Shown here: positions 28,686 to 37,316 of the stretch, piece by piece
How positions within the stretch are numbered: position 1 is the first letter of the stretch
Layout: every line of letters begins with the position of its first letter
From: an uncultured Pseudomonadota bacterium
GTDB lineage: Bacteria > SAR324 > NAC60-12
Direction of reading: 5' to 3'
DNA: 38,028 nt
Assembly (NCBI GenBank): GCA_913020725.1
Contig: CAJWCD010000015.1
Location: forward strand, 1 to 38,028
Position numbers and translations under genes: made by a program
Notes under the pieces: generated by a model
Database searches by the model: none
The model's input: the letters and a program-made list of their open reading frames with translations, nothing else
Told to the model about the DNA's origin: nothing

Positions 28686-29570
28686 GTGACCCCATCACAA
28701 CAGTTTGAGGCAATGGATGTCTTCATCCAGCTGCTTCAGGACACCATCTGTGCCGCACTGGAAGCCGAAGACTCCGTGAGTTTCCGGGAAGACACTTGGC
28801 AACGCCCCGAAGGTGGGGGAGGTTGCAGTCGAGTACTGGAAGGCGGTGCGACGATTGAGAAGGGCGGTGTGAACATTTCTCGGATTCACGGGGAGATGTC
28901 TGAGGAATTGGCCAAGCAACTCCGCACGGAGCGCACCCCGTTTGCAGTGTGCGGACTCTCGCTGGTGATTCACCCACAGTCGCCGCGGGTGCCGACCACG
29001 CACATGAACGTGCGTTATTTTGAGACGGAAGCTGGACGCGCATGGTTTGGTGGAGGCATTGATCTCACGCCGTACTATCCGCACTTGGAGGATTTTCGGC
29101 AATTCCACCAAGTCCTCAAGGACACCTGCGAGGGCGTCCGTCCCGGATCGTATGATGGCTACAAGACATGGTGTGATGAATATTTCACGATCCGGCACCG
29201 TCAGGAAATGCGCGGGATTGGCGGCATTTTCTTCGATGATCTCGATGGAAATGATCCCGCCAATTTTGCGTTGGTGCAAGCAGTCGGCGAGGCGTTTCTA
29301 AGCGCCTACCTGCCGATGCTCCAGGCTCGCAAGCACGAGCCGTTTACAGAGGCAGACCGTCAGTTTCAGCTTGTGAGACGTGGACGTTACATTGAGTTTA
29401 ATTTGGTCTATGATCGTGGCACCCTATTTGGATTGCGCTCCAACGGGCGCATTGAGTCGATTTTCATGTCTCTGCCCCCGGTGGTGCATTACCCTTACGA
29501 CTGGCATCCGGAGCCGGGTAGCCCGCATGTGGACCTGATGCAGTACTATCAACCCCAAACTTGGGCTTGA
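28686..29570 (+). CDS. hemF: Oxygen-dependent coproporphyrinogen III oxidase
   Basis: EKGGVN, SLVIHP.SP.VPTTHMNVRYF, WFGGG.DLTP, RGIGGIFFD, RRGRYIEFNLVYDRGT.FG. Start (GTG) approximate. Confidence 0.96.
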   Translation: MTPSQQFEAMDVFIQLLQDTICAALEAEDSVSFREDTWQRPEGGGGCSRVLEGGATIEKGGVNISRIHGEMSEELAKQLRTERTPFAVCGLSLVIHPQSPRVPTTHMNVRYFETEAGRAWFGGGIDLTPYYPHLEDFRQFHQVLKDTCEGVRPGSYDGYKTWCDEYFTIRHRQEMRGIGGIFFDDLDGNDPANFALVQAVGEAFLSAYLPMLQARKHEPFTEADRQFQLVRRGRYIEFNLVYDRGTLFGLRSNGRIESIFMSLPPVVHYPYDWHPEPGSPHVDLMQYYQPQTWA

Positions 29571-29640
29571 TCCGCCAGCGGATGAGTCCGGGAACGACAG
29601 GAAGGGAATCCGTCGTGAAGCAAAGCAAAGGAGAGCTGAC

Positions 29641-30810
29641 TTGATCCGGCATTTGATTTTTAAAGGGGCCGTGCTAAGTATGGCGTTGCTGACTTTCGGG
29701 TCGGTGGCGTCTGGAACTGAAGATCCGATCCGCAAGCATTCCTCGCACTACAAAGCCTTCCTGCTTGCCGATGCCCAAACCGGGCGCATTCTGGACACCG
29801 ACCGTCCCCAGCGGCTTATCTATCCAGCTTCGCTTGTAAAGATGATGGTCGCACTGATTGTGCTGGAGGAGGTGGATTCCGGCAAGCGGCGACTGCGTGA
29901 AAAGGTGCTGGTTTCGCGCTCGGCCAGCAAGATCGGAGGCAGTCAGGTTTATCTGCGCGAGGGTGAGGTGTTCGAGCTTCGGGAATTGATGAAGGCGATG
30001 GTCATCAGTTCTGCAAACGATGCCGCAGTGGCGGTTGCCGAACATGTCTCCGGCAGTCGTGCCAAGTTCATGAAGCGCATGAACCGCCGTGCTTGGGAAT
30101 TGGGGATGCAGCGCACCCGCTTCCACTCGCCTCATGGCCTGCCGGTCCGTCGCGGGCAGCAACCGGATGTGACTACCGCTTATGATCTCTACCTGTTGGC
30201 CTTGGAGTTGCTCAAGCATCCGCAGTACCTCAAGTGGTCCTCCACACGCCTCGACACTTTCCGCAACGGCACTTTCCAACTGACAAACACCAATCATCGC
30301 CTGATCCGGAACTATCCGGGCATGGACGGCATGAAGACGGGCTTTTACTCCAAGGCGGGCTTCAACTTGGTGGCTACGGCGAAGCGCAAAAAGATGCGAC
30401 TGCTCTCGATTGTGATCGGCACTCCGAACCACCGCTGGCGCAGTTTTCTCACCACCAGTTTGCTGGACAAGGGCTTCAAGGAATACATGGCCGTGCAACT
30501 CAACCCCACCGGGATCACCGTGCGCCCAACTGTGCAGGTGCTGAATGGCGAAGTTGAACGTCTGAAACTGCAAACCGCTGCCCGTGCAGTGGTGATGCTC
30601 AACGCTCAGGAACAGCAGCAGGTGACGATGCAGGTACGCATTCCCGCGCTGGTGGAAGCCCCGGTGGTGGCAGGCTCACGGCTGGGAACGTTGGAGTACA
30701 TGCTCGGTGGGAAGGTGTTTTACCGCGTGCCGCTACAGGCGAGCCACGACGTCGGTCCTCGCAGCCTGCTCGCTACACTGACGCACTCCCTCGGTTTCTC
30801 GCTCGACTGA
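29641..30810 (+). CDS. dacA: D-alanyl-D-alanine carboxypeptidase (PBP5/6 family, S11)
   Basis: Signal peptide, PASLVK (SxxK), SAND (SxN), PHGL, KTG, and a PBP5 C-domain. Confidence 0.93.
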   Translation: MIRHLIFKGAVLSMALLTFGSVASGTEDPIRKHSSHYKAFLLADAQTGRILDTDRPQRLIYPASLVKMMVALIVLEEVDSGKRRLREKVLVSRSASKIGGSQVYLREGEVFELRELMKAMVISSANDAAVAVAEHVSGSRAKFMKRMNRRAWELGMQRTRFHSPHGLPVRRGQQPDVTTAYDLYLLALELLKHPQYLKWSSTRLDTFRNGTFQLTNTNHRLIRNYPGMDGMKTGFYSKAGFNLVATAKRKKMRLLSIVIGTPNHRWRSFLTTSLLDKGFKEYMAVQLNPTGITVRPTVQVLNGEVERLKLQTAARAVVMLNAQEQQQVTMQVRIPALVEAPVVAGSRLGTLEYMLGGKVFYRVPLQASHDVGPRSLLATLTHSLGFSLD

Positions 30811-31594
30811 CCTGCTCCTGTAAGCCCTGTGCTGCGTGTGCTGCTGCTGCTGCGTAATGCGTCCCGGAAGAGGCATAGAGAATGCTACGGGAGGCGTTGA
30901 TCAAGCAAGGCAATCCCGAGCCATCCTCGGCATCCCGCAAGGTTTCTTCCAAACTTCCCCCCTGCGCTCCCACTCCCGGCACCAGAAACGGCATCGGCCC
31001 AGACAATTCCCGGATTTCCCGGACTTGCTCGGAGCGAGTCGCCCCGACCACCAAGCCGGCGTTGCCGTGGTCGTTCCACTGCCGCACCTTGCGGACCACG
31101 TCTTGAAACAAGTTCGGAAGCTGAAAGTCGGAGGCTCCGGGGTTAGAGGTCAAACCCAACACAAAAACCAACCGATCTCGGTGTGCAAGAAAGGGCCGCA
31201 CGGCATCCTCGCCCTGATACGGTGTCACCGTGACGGCGTCGCAACCGTAAATCTCGAAAAGCGCGTGAGCGTAGCGCTCTGCCGTGTGCCCAACGTCCCC
31301 ACGTTTAGCGTCCCCGATCACGGGAGTGTGGGCCCGGATTTCCTTGATCAATGCTTGGAGCAGGCTCATCCCTTCCGGACCAAGCGCCTCGAAAAATGCG
31401 AAGTTGGGTTTGAAGGCAATGGCGTATTCGCGGGTGGCCTCGACGATTTCTCGAAGAAAATCCCCGATTCCTGCGACTGATTTCGGAACCGATTCCGGAA
31501 GCCGTTCCGGATCGGGATCAAGACCGACACAAAGCAGAGAGGAGCGTGCTTCCGCGAGTTGCTTGAGTCGTTCAAGGCAGGTGGGGAAAGTCAT
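30773..31594 (-). CDS. pyrF: Orotidine-5'-phosphate decarboxylase (type 2 subfamily)
   Basis: LCVGLDP, FKPNFAFFE, DAKRGDVG.T, LTSNPG, GLVVGAT, LVPGVGAQGG, NASRSILYA. Confidence 0.96.
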   Translation of the reverse strand: MTFPTCLERLKQLAEARSSLLCVGLDPDPERLPESVPKSVAGIGDFLREIVEATREYAIAFKPNFAFFEALGPEGMSLLQALIKEIRAHTPVIGDAKRGDVGHTAERYAHALFEIYGCDAVTVTPYQGEDAVRPFLAHRDRLVFVLGLTSNPGASDFQLPNLFQDVVRKVRQWNDHGNAGLVVGATRSEQVREIRELSGPMPFLVPGVGAQGGSLEETLRDAEDGSGLPCLINASRSILYASSGTHYAAAAAHAAQGLQEQVSRARNRGSASV

Positions 31595-31643
31595 GGTTTC
31601 AGGATTTGCATGGCACTAGAAGCACAGGGTTGGCATAATGAAA

Positions 31644-32249
31644 TCAGAACAGTGACATCTGCTCGGCTTCGACCTTCTGGGGTTGAGGACTCCAATCCAC
31701 TGCGACGCTTTTGATCCCGCTACGGGAATCGTAGTGCAACTTGCCATGCTCAAGCGCGTGGAGGTAGAGGTCCCGTGTCACTTGGACATCCATCTTGCAA
31801 TACTCGATGATCTTGTCGATCTCTCCCAGCTTGTACCATTCGAGGGCTTGGAGTCCGTCGGCAGACTTCCCAGTGCCGAGTGTCGGACGGGCCACGGCTT
31901 CAAGCTTGAGTCGGTGCCCCAACTGTTTCTTGAGTTCAACGAGCATGTCGAAGTTGTTGAGTCCAGCGAGGTCGGTGTGGAGTTGGGAACGCTGCTGCTG
32001 GTCCGCAAAGCGGGCACCGGCGAGAACATGGTAGTCAAAGCTGACATGGTTGAACCCCACCACAAGGTCGGCGCGTCGGCAGTGTTCCTCTAAATCCAGA
32101 ACTTGGTGATCGAGGTAAACGTGAAAACGCTCATCGTGGGAATCCCAAACCACGCCCACGGACATGCCCATGTCTTCAATGTGGTTCCAGCCTCCGACCT
32201 CATCGGCGGAATACTTGGTTTCAAGGTCAAAGTAAACGATGCGCTCCAT
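31644..32249 (-). CDS. RNase H-like / DEDD exonuclease (YprB/RNase_H_2-like)
   Basis: YFDLET (ExoI), VGFN..SFD (ExoII), LGHRLKL..VA..TLG.GK, IIEYC.MDV (ExoIII). Start MERIV at 32249. Confidence 0.85.
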   Translation of the reverse strand: MERIVYFDLETKYSADEVGGWNHIEDMGMSVGVVWDSHDERFHVYLDHQVLDLEEHCRRADLVVGFNHVSFDYHVLAGARFADQQQRSQLHTDLAGLNNFDMLVELKKQLGHRLKLEAVARPTLGTGKSADGLQALEWYKLGEIDKIIEYCKMDVQVTRDLYLHALEHGKLHYDSRSGIKSVAVDWSPQPQKVEAEQMSLF

Positions 32250-32269
32250 GAATCTCCTTAGCTGACAGG

Positions 32270-32956
32270 ATGGACGATCCTTATCGGTTGTTGCAAGTGG
32301 CTCCAGACGCAAGCCCGGAGAAAATCCGGAGCGCGTTCCGAAGAGCGGCGAAAACCGCGCATCCTGACCTTTATCAAGGAGGTTCCGAAGAAGAACATCG
32401 GAGGCGGCAGTTGCAGTTTGTGCGACTCACTCAAGCCTATGAGACGCTTTCCGACCCGCAGCGTCGAGCGGTTTATGACCAAAGCCACTGGAAGCAAACG
32501 AATCGTGCATCACACCACCAGAAATCCCGGACAAGCACAAGCGCATCCCCCCGGAATCACGCATGGCAGCAATCCACCCGAACCCGCCCTCAACCTCCCC
32601 CAGAACCCGAACCCGAGCAGGCGTTGGATGAATTGCTCGATGAGTTGCAAGAGTTGCTGGGGCGGTTCGACCTGAAATTCCGGGATCCGCTTGATTTGCT
32701 AGTGGACTGGGCGAAGCGGGTGTTCCGGGATGTGGTGGATGTATGGGACACCACAAACCAAGAATCTTCCCCAACTCCGGACTCGCAAAGCACCCAAGAT
32801 TGGAAGAGTGAGATTGAGGCAGAACTGAACCGCCTCCGGAAGCAAGCCGCCGCAAGTCCACGGCGCTCGGACTCTACATTTTCCTCGTCTCGCCCCCGGA
32901 CCACGGATGTCGAAATTGAGGTTGAGCTTTCACGGCTCAAGGAGCAGCATCGTTGA
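32270..32956 (+). CDS. DnaJ (J-domain) protein, class C
   Basis: DPY.LL.V..DAS.E.IRSAFRR.AK..HPD...F..L..AYETLSDP..R..YD, with a PspA-like tail (EIEAELNRLRK, EIEVELSRLK). Confidence 0.9.
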   Translation: MDDPYRLLQVAPDASPEKIRSAFRRAAKTAHPDLYQGGSEEEHRRRQLQFVRLTQAYETLSDPQRRAVYDQSHWKQTNRASHHQKSRTSTSASPRNHAWQQSTRTRPQPPPEPEPEQALDELLDELQELLGRFDLKFRDPLDLLVDWAKRVFRDVVDVWDTTNQESSPTPDSQSTQDWKSEIEAELNRLRKQAAASPRRSDSTFSSSRPRTTDVEIEVELSRLKEQHR

Positions 32957-32978
32957 ATTCCTCACCCCAAAGGTTTTA

Positions 32979-33974
32979 TTGAAGTCCATCCCTGCTACGC
33001 CTCCGCGCATCGCCATACTGATCCCGTGTCTCAATGAAGAGGTGACGGTGGGCGCAGTGGTCCGCGATTTTCGCAACGCCCTGCCGGATGCGGTTTGCTA
33101 CGTCTTTGACAACAATAGCACCGACCGCACGGCGCAGGTTGCCACAGAGGCCGGGGCTGAGGTGATTTCCGTTCCGCGACCGGGCAAGGGAAACGTCGTG
33201 CAGGTGATGTTCCGGGAGGTGGACGCGGACTACTACGTGATGGTTGACGGTGACAACACCTACTCCACAAACCACGCCCATGCGCTACTCGAACCCATCC
33301 TTGAAGGACGAGCGGATATGACGGTGGCCACCCGGCTCAACGAATACGCCGATGATTCCTTCCGGCCCCTCCACGTTTTCGGCAACAATCTCGTCCGTGC
33401 TCTCGTCAACTGGACCTTCCGGAGCCAACTCACGGACATCATGTCCGGCTACCGGGCCTTTTCCCGCGAGTTGGTGCGGAGCGTGCCTGTGCTCTCGTCC
33501 GGGTTTGAGGTGGAAACCGAACTGACCATCCGCGTGCTGGATTTCGGCTTCCGCATCGAGGAGATTGAAGCACCCTACCGCAAGCGCCCAGACGGCTCGG
33601 AATCCAAACTCCACACCTTTCGGGACGGGTTCCGGGTGCTTTCCGAGATTGCCAGCATTGCCAAAGCGTACAAGCCACTGACCTTTTTTGGCACAATTGC
33701 CCTAGCGTTCTTTTTGGCCGGGGGCATCGCCGGAGGCTGGGTGATTTGGGACTACTTGGAGGACCAGTATGTCAACAAGGTGCCCACCGCAATTCTGGCG
33801 ACCGGATGCATCCTGCTCGGTTTTGGAAGCTTTGGCATCGGAATCATCCTCCACACGCTCAGCCACCGCCTACAGGAAACCCGACGCCTGCTGACCCAAC
33901 TGCTACGGGAACGGCGGGAAAGCCCACCGCCTGAGCGACCGTCCTCCAAACAAAACGGAGCGGCAAGCTCGTGA
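32979..33974 (+). CDS. GT2 glycosyltransferase (DPM1/ArnC/GtrB-like, polyprenol-phosphate glycosyltransferase)
   Basis: ILIPCLNEE, DNNSTD, GKG, MVDGD, D..SGYR, GFEVETE, two C-terminal TMs. Start approximate (TTG). Confidence 0.9.
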   Translation: MKSIPATPPRIAILIPCLNEEVTVGAVVRDFRNALPDAVCYVFDNNSTDRTAQVATEAGAEVISVPRPGKGNVVQVMFREVDADYYVMVDGDNTYSTNHAHALLEPILEGRADMTVATRLNEYADDSFRPLHVFGNNLVRALVNWTFRSQLTDIMSGYRAFSRELVRSVPVLSSGFEVETELTIRVLDFGFRIEEIEAPYRKRPDGSESKLHTFRDGFRVLSEIASIAKAYKPLTFFGTIALAFFLAGGIAGGWVIWDYLEDQYVNKVPTAILATGCILLGFGSFGIGIILHTLSHRLQETRRLLTQLLRERRESPPPERPSSKQNGAASS

Positions 33975-34011
33975 CGCTCTCCTGTTTCCTCACCTGACCT
34001 GAAGACAGCCC

Positions 34012-35640
34012 TTGCTCGCGCGCTTCCGCATTCCCCTGGTGCTACTAGCTCACTTCACCGTGTTCTGGGGAGTGAACCAAGGCATCAACCCCCATCCGGA
34101 CATGGTGGACCACTGGGAGTGGTCGCGGACACTCTACCTGTCATACTACGAGCATCCACCGATGGTCGCAGTGATCTTCCGGGGGATCACGTTGCTGTTT
34201 GGCTCTGCTGAGTGGGCGTTGGAGCTTGGAGCGCAGTTGGTCAATCTTAGCATCATCGCACTCGCGGCCATGGTGGCCCAGCAAGCCTTTGGAGGAACAA
34301 GCGGGTGGTGGACACTCCTGTTGCTCTGTGGAACTCCGTACTTCACGCTGGGTAGCATCTTCCTGCACATCACGCAGGGGTTGGTTCTGAGCTGGCTGAT
34401 CGGGCTTTACGGCTATCTGCGCTACCAGAAATCCGGCAACCCACGTTGGTGGTTGCTGATCGGAGTTGCTGGAGGTTTGGGGGCGCTCTCGAAGTATGTG
34501 ATGATCCTCTTTTACTTGGGCATTGGGGTACACCTGCTTGTTTACAAGGATCAACGCCGTGGGTTGCTCAACCCTTGGCTCTATGCAGCGGGGTTGCTTT
34601 CGTTGCTAATCTTCGCTCCAGTGCTGGTTTGGAATGCGCAACATGATTGGGTCTCCTTCCGTTGGCAGTTGGGGCGTGGCACGTCCGGAGCCGAGTTTGG
34701 GCTCAATACTCTTTTCTTCACGGTAGGGCACATCCTCCTGTTTTCACCAGTGCTACTGCCCGCAGGAATCCTGAGCTGCTGGAAGCTGAGGGAGCGATTG
34801 CGCGATAGCCGCACTCCGGAAGCAGTCATTTTTGTGCTGGGGGCTACCCCCCTCGGATTCTTCACGCTAGCCAGCCTGAAAGGCAGCATCGCTGATCCGC
34901 ATTGGGCGAACCTGAGCTACTTGGGTCTTGCGATGATCACGGCAAGGGCCATAGACTCCCTTAAGCTGAAGCGTCCCGCGTGGATCATCACTGCGGGATT
35001 GTTCTTCAACCTACTGGTCGCCTCGGCAGTTCTCATCCACGTCCACGCCCCCTTTCACGATATCATCCCCTACGATTTGGAGAACTACCCCTACCTTCAG
35101 GAGCAGGGAGTCCCAGAATCTGTGCTGGAGAAGCTCAAGGCTGACGACGGGCTTTATTTTGGCACGCAGACCTACCGGAAGGTGCTGGAAGGGCAACTCG
35201 ACAAAAGCGAGCGGGATCAGTACGAGCAGGTCGTGCTACGCACCGCAATGGAAGTCTCCGGGGATCGCTTCACAAGGGTCTTGGGGTGGCAGGAAACCCG
35301 CAAGCAGATCGAGAGGATTCTTCGTGAACACAACCTTGGACTTCCGGAGTATGTCGTCTCCCGCGAGTATCAGTTGAGCAGCGCGGTCGCCTACTATCTC
35401 CACCAACAGCCGTGGCCCCACAGTATCGAAAAACCCGAGCGCAACCAGTGGAGTCCAGAGAAGGCGGTGCGGGCGGGGCCGTCCATGTTCGTTTGTGAAC
35501 TCTACGAGTGTGTCCGCGCCACTCGGGCGTTCAACAAGCGATTTGGACTTCCCCTGAAGCGGTTGGGTGAGGTGATTGTGTATCGCGGCGGAAGGCTTGT
35601 CCGCGACCTGCTTCTCTACCGGATCGTTACCGGGGAGTGA
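34012..35640 (+). CDS. ArnT/PMT-like GT-C glycosyltransferase (family 39/83)
   Basis: HWEWSR.L..SYYEHPPMVA, G.G.LSKY, P.LVWNAQHDW.SF.WQ, multiple TMs, C-terminal periplasmic domain. Confidence 0.88.
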   Translation: MLARFRIPLVLLAHFTVFWGVNQGINPHPDMVDHWEWSRTLYLSYYEHPPMVAVIFRGITLLFGSAEWALELGAQLVNLSIIALAAMVAQQAFGGTSGWWTLLLLCGTPYFTLGSIFLHITQGLVLSWLIGLYGYLRYQKSGNPRWWLLIGVAGGLGALSKYVMILFYLGIGVHLLVYKDQRRGLLNPWLYAAGLLSLLIFAPVLVWNAQHDWVSFRWQLGRGTSGAEFGLNTLFFTVGHILLFSPVLLPAGILSCWKLRERLRDSRTPEAVIFVLGATPLGFFTLASLKGSIADPHWANLSYLGLAMITARAIDSLKLKRPAWIITAGLFFNLLVASAVLIHVHAPFHDIIPYDLENYPYLQEQGVPESVLEKLKADDGLYFGTQTYRKVLEGQLDKSERDQYEQVVLRTAMEVSGDRFTRVLGWQETRKQIERILREHNLGLPEYVVSREYQLSSAVAYYLHQQPWPHSIEKPERNQWSPEKAVRAGPSMFVCELYECVRATRAFNKRFGLPLKRLGEVIVYRGGRLVRDLLLYRIVTGE

Positions 35641-35703
35641 GCCAAGGGTTCACCGCGTGACCGTCACGGCCCCCTCAACACCAGTTGTCTTCCTGATCGC
35701 TGG

Positions 35704-36312
35704 TTAGAAGGACAGGCGATAGGCGATTCCCACCCCGTGCTTCAGGGCAAGGGGCTGGACGTTCCAAGAGTTTTGGTGGTTGGCCGTGGGACGCGGTGCT
35801 GAGGGATTCCAGAGACTGCGGGTGCCCAGCATCATCCCAACAAGTGCCCCAAATACGCTGCCGGATCCGATGGTCCGGAACTGATCTCTGGTGGAGCTTT
35901 CTTGCGTGATGAACGCGAACCATGTGCCCAGCATCAATCCTGTGCCAGCCCCATAGCCGATGTTGGCGGTGGCTTGCTGCCGCTCGACCACGATCAATTC
36001 GCGTTGGGCCAACTCGCTGAGTTGGAGCTGGCTTTCGGTATCTAAGCCAAACTCATCATCATCCATGAAACCATCTCCAGCAGGAGCGTCGAACGAGTCA
36101 TCCAAGCCTCCATCCAAACCGGGATCCGCAAGAAAGCCATCCTCTGAGAAGCCAGAGTCGTTTGAAAACCCGTCATCATCCTGCATGAATTCATCCATGT
36201 CGCCGTAGTCGTCCTCGAATCCTTGGGCCAAGGTGGTGGGAACGCTGAAAGCAAAACTCCAGACGACCGAGAAAATGATAAGCGCGAGAAGCGGAAGGAT
36301 ACGAAGTTGCAT
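35704..36312 (-). CDS. Hypothetical exported protein: acidic D/G/F-rich region, Gly-zipper hairpin, C-terminal Phe strand
   Basis: Signal peptide (..TTLA|Q), low-complexity acidic tract, GYGAGTGLMLG, GSGSVFGALVGMMLG, ends GIAYRLSF. Confidence 0.75.
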   Translation of the reverse strand: MQLRILPLLALIIFSVVWSFAFSVPTTLAQGFEDDYGDMDEFMQDDDGFSNDSGFSEDGFLADPGLDGGLDDSFDAPAGDGFMDDDEFGLDTESQLQLSELAQRELIVVERQQATANIGYGAGTGLMLGTWFAFITQESSTRDQFRTIGSGSVFGALVGMMLGTRSLWNPSAPRPTANHQNSWNVQPLALKHGVGIAYRLSF

Positions 36313-36420
36313 GACCTTACAGTGTGGCTAATGAGTCCGTCGAAAAGGGGAATGCAATTCCCATTCACAGCGGCGAATAATTCTAAAACTTCCTGAAGTT
36401 TCTCACAGGACAGCGAAAAG

Positions 36421-36855
36421 ATGAAGCCGGTTCAGAGCAAATCAGGTGGAGCCGAAAAACTGAAACACGCCCGTCGCCTTCTGGTGGGGTGCGTTGTGTC
36501 GCTGTTGATGATGACCACTCCCCTGCGTGCCCAAGAGAGTGGGCCGATGCTGATGAAGCAGGAGCTTGGATACAGCCTTGGGGGGGGAGTTTTTGGAGCG
36601 GGATTTGGTGTGGTCTTGTGGTTCATGGACCCTTTAAACCCAGACAGAGAAATGAAGGATTCCGTGAAAGACGGATTTGTCACCGGAGTGCTCCTCGGCA
36701 GTTTGTTCGGTTTCTACCTCCTTCAGAACGCAGCACAGTTTCCCATGCAAGGGGACTCACTGCCAGCCCTCCCCTTGGGATTTGAGCGGAAACAGAATCC
36801 CAACCTCAACGCCTACCGGGAAATTCAAATCCCGTTGTTCTCCATGAAGTTCTGA
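36421..36855 (+). CDS. Hypothetical exported Gly-zipper protein with C-terminal Phe
   Basis: Signal (..PLRA|Q), GGGVFGAGFG, GFVTGVLLGSLFG, ends IPLFSMKF. Confidence 0.75.
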   Translation: MKPVQSKSGGAEKLKHARRLLVGCVVSLLMMTTPLRAQESGPMLMKQELGYSLGGGVFGAGFGVVLWFMDPLNPDREMKDSVKDGFVTGVLLGSLFGFYLLQNAAQFPMQGDSLPALPLGFERKQNPNLNAYREIQIPLFSMKF

Positions 36856-36857
36856 TT

Positions 36858-37301
36858 ATGCGCATGCGAATTTCGGCCATCGTTGTTGCTTTGGTGCTGG
36901 CATGGAGCGCGTCCGGAGTTCAAGCTCAGGAGGCTGCTTTGGGAGCGCCAACGGGAAGTCAACCCGTGATGCAATCGGTGTTTTGGAACACCGTGTGGGG
37001 CTCTGCGTGGGGTGCGCTCATCGGCACGAGCAGTTCCTTCTATAGCTATAGCGAGGCCAGACGAGAACCTGTGATTTCCGGAACCTCCATCGGTGCTGTC
37101 ATGGGCTATGGCATGGGAATTTATTTGGTTATCAACGGAGTCACGTTTGACAAACGCTTCCTTTTAAACCTCCCTGCTCCGCAGTTTGGCCCTAGCCCAC
37201 AAGCCCAACTCAGCGAGGGCGATCCCTTCCAGATCCAAGCTTCTGCCACCCCAGTGGACTGGAGCGCATGGCAGGTTTCCTTATTCAAAATCCGCTTCTG
37301 A
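36858..37301 (+). CDS. Hypothetical exported Gly-zipper protein with C-terminal Phe
   Basis: Signal (..GVQA|Q), WGSAWGALIG, GTSIGAVMGYGMG, ends VSLFKIRF. Confidence 0.75.
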   Translation: MRMRISAIVVALVLAWSASGVQAQEAALGAPTGSQPVMQSVFWNTVWGSAWGALIGTSSSFYSYSEARREPVISGTSIGAVMGYGMGIYLVINGVTFDKRFLLNLPAPQFGPSPQAQLSEGDPFQIQASATPVDWSAWQVSLFKIRF

Positions 37302-37316
37302 ACCCCTCCCCGGCAC

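Noticed and set aside
29571..29640. Possible structured RNA or ribozyme between hemF and dacA
   Set aside because: Only a short ATCCGC/GCGGAT hairpin, with no conserved riboswitch or hammerhead core.
30773..30810. 38-bp convergent overlap of dacA and pyrF, plus the nearby GCT/GCA run (Ala tract)
   Set aside because: Short 3' overlaps and Ala runs in terminal helices are common. No evidence of a repeat system.
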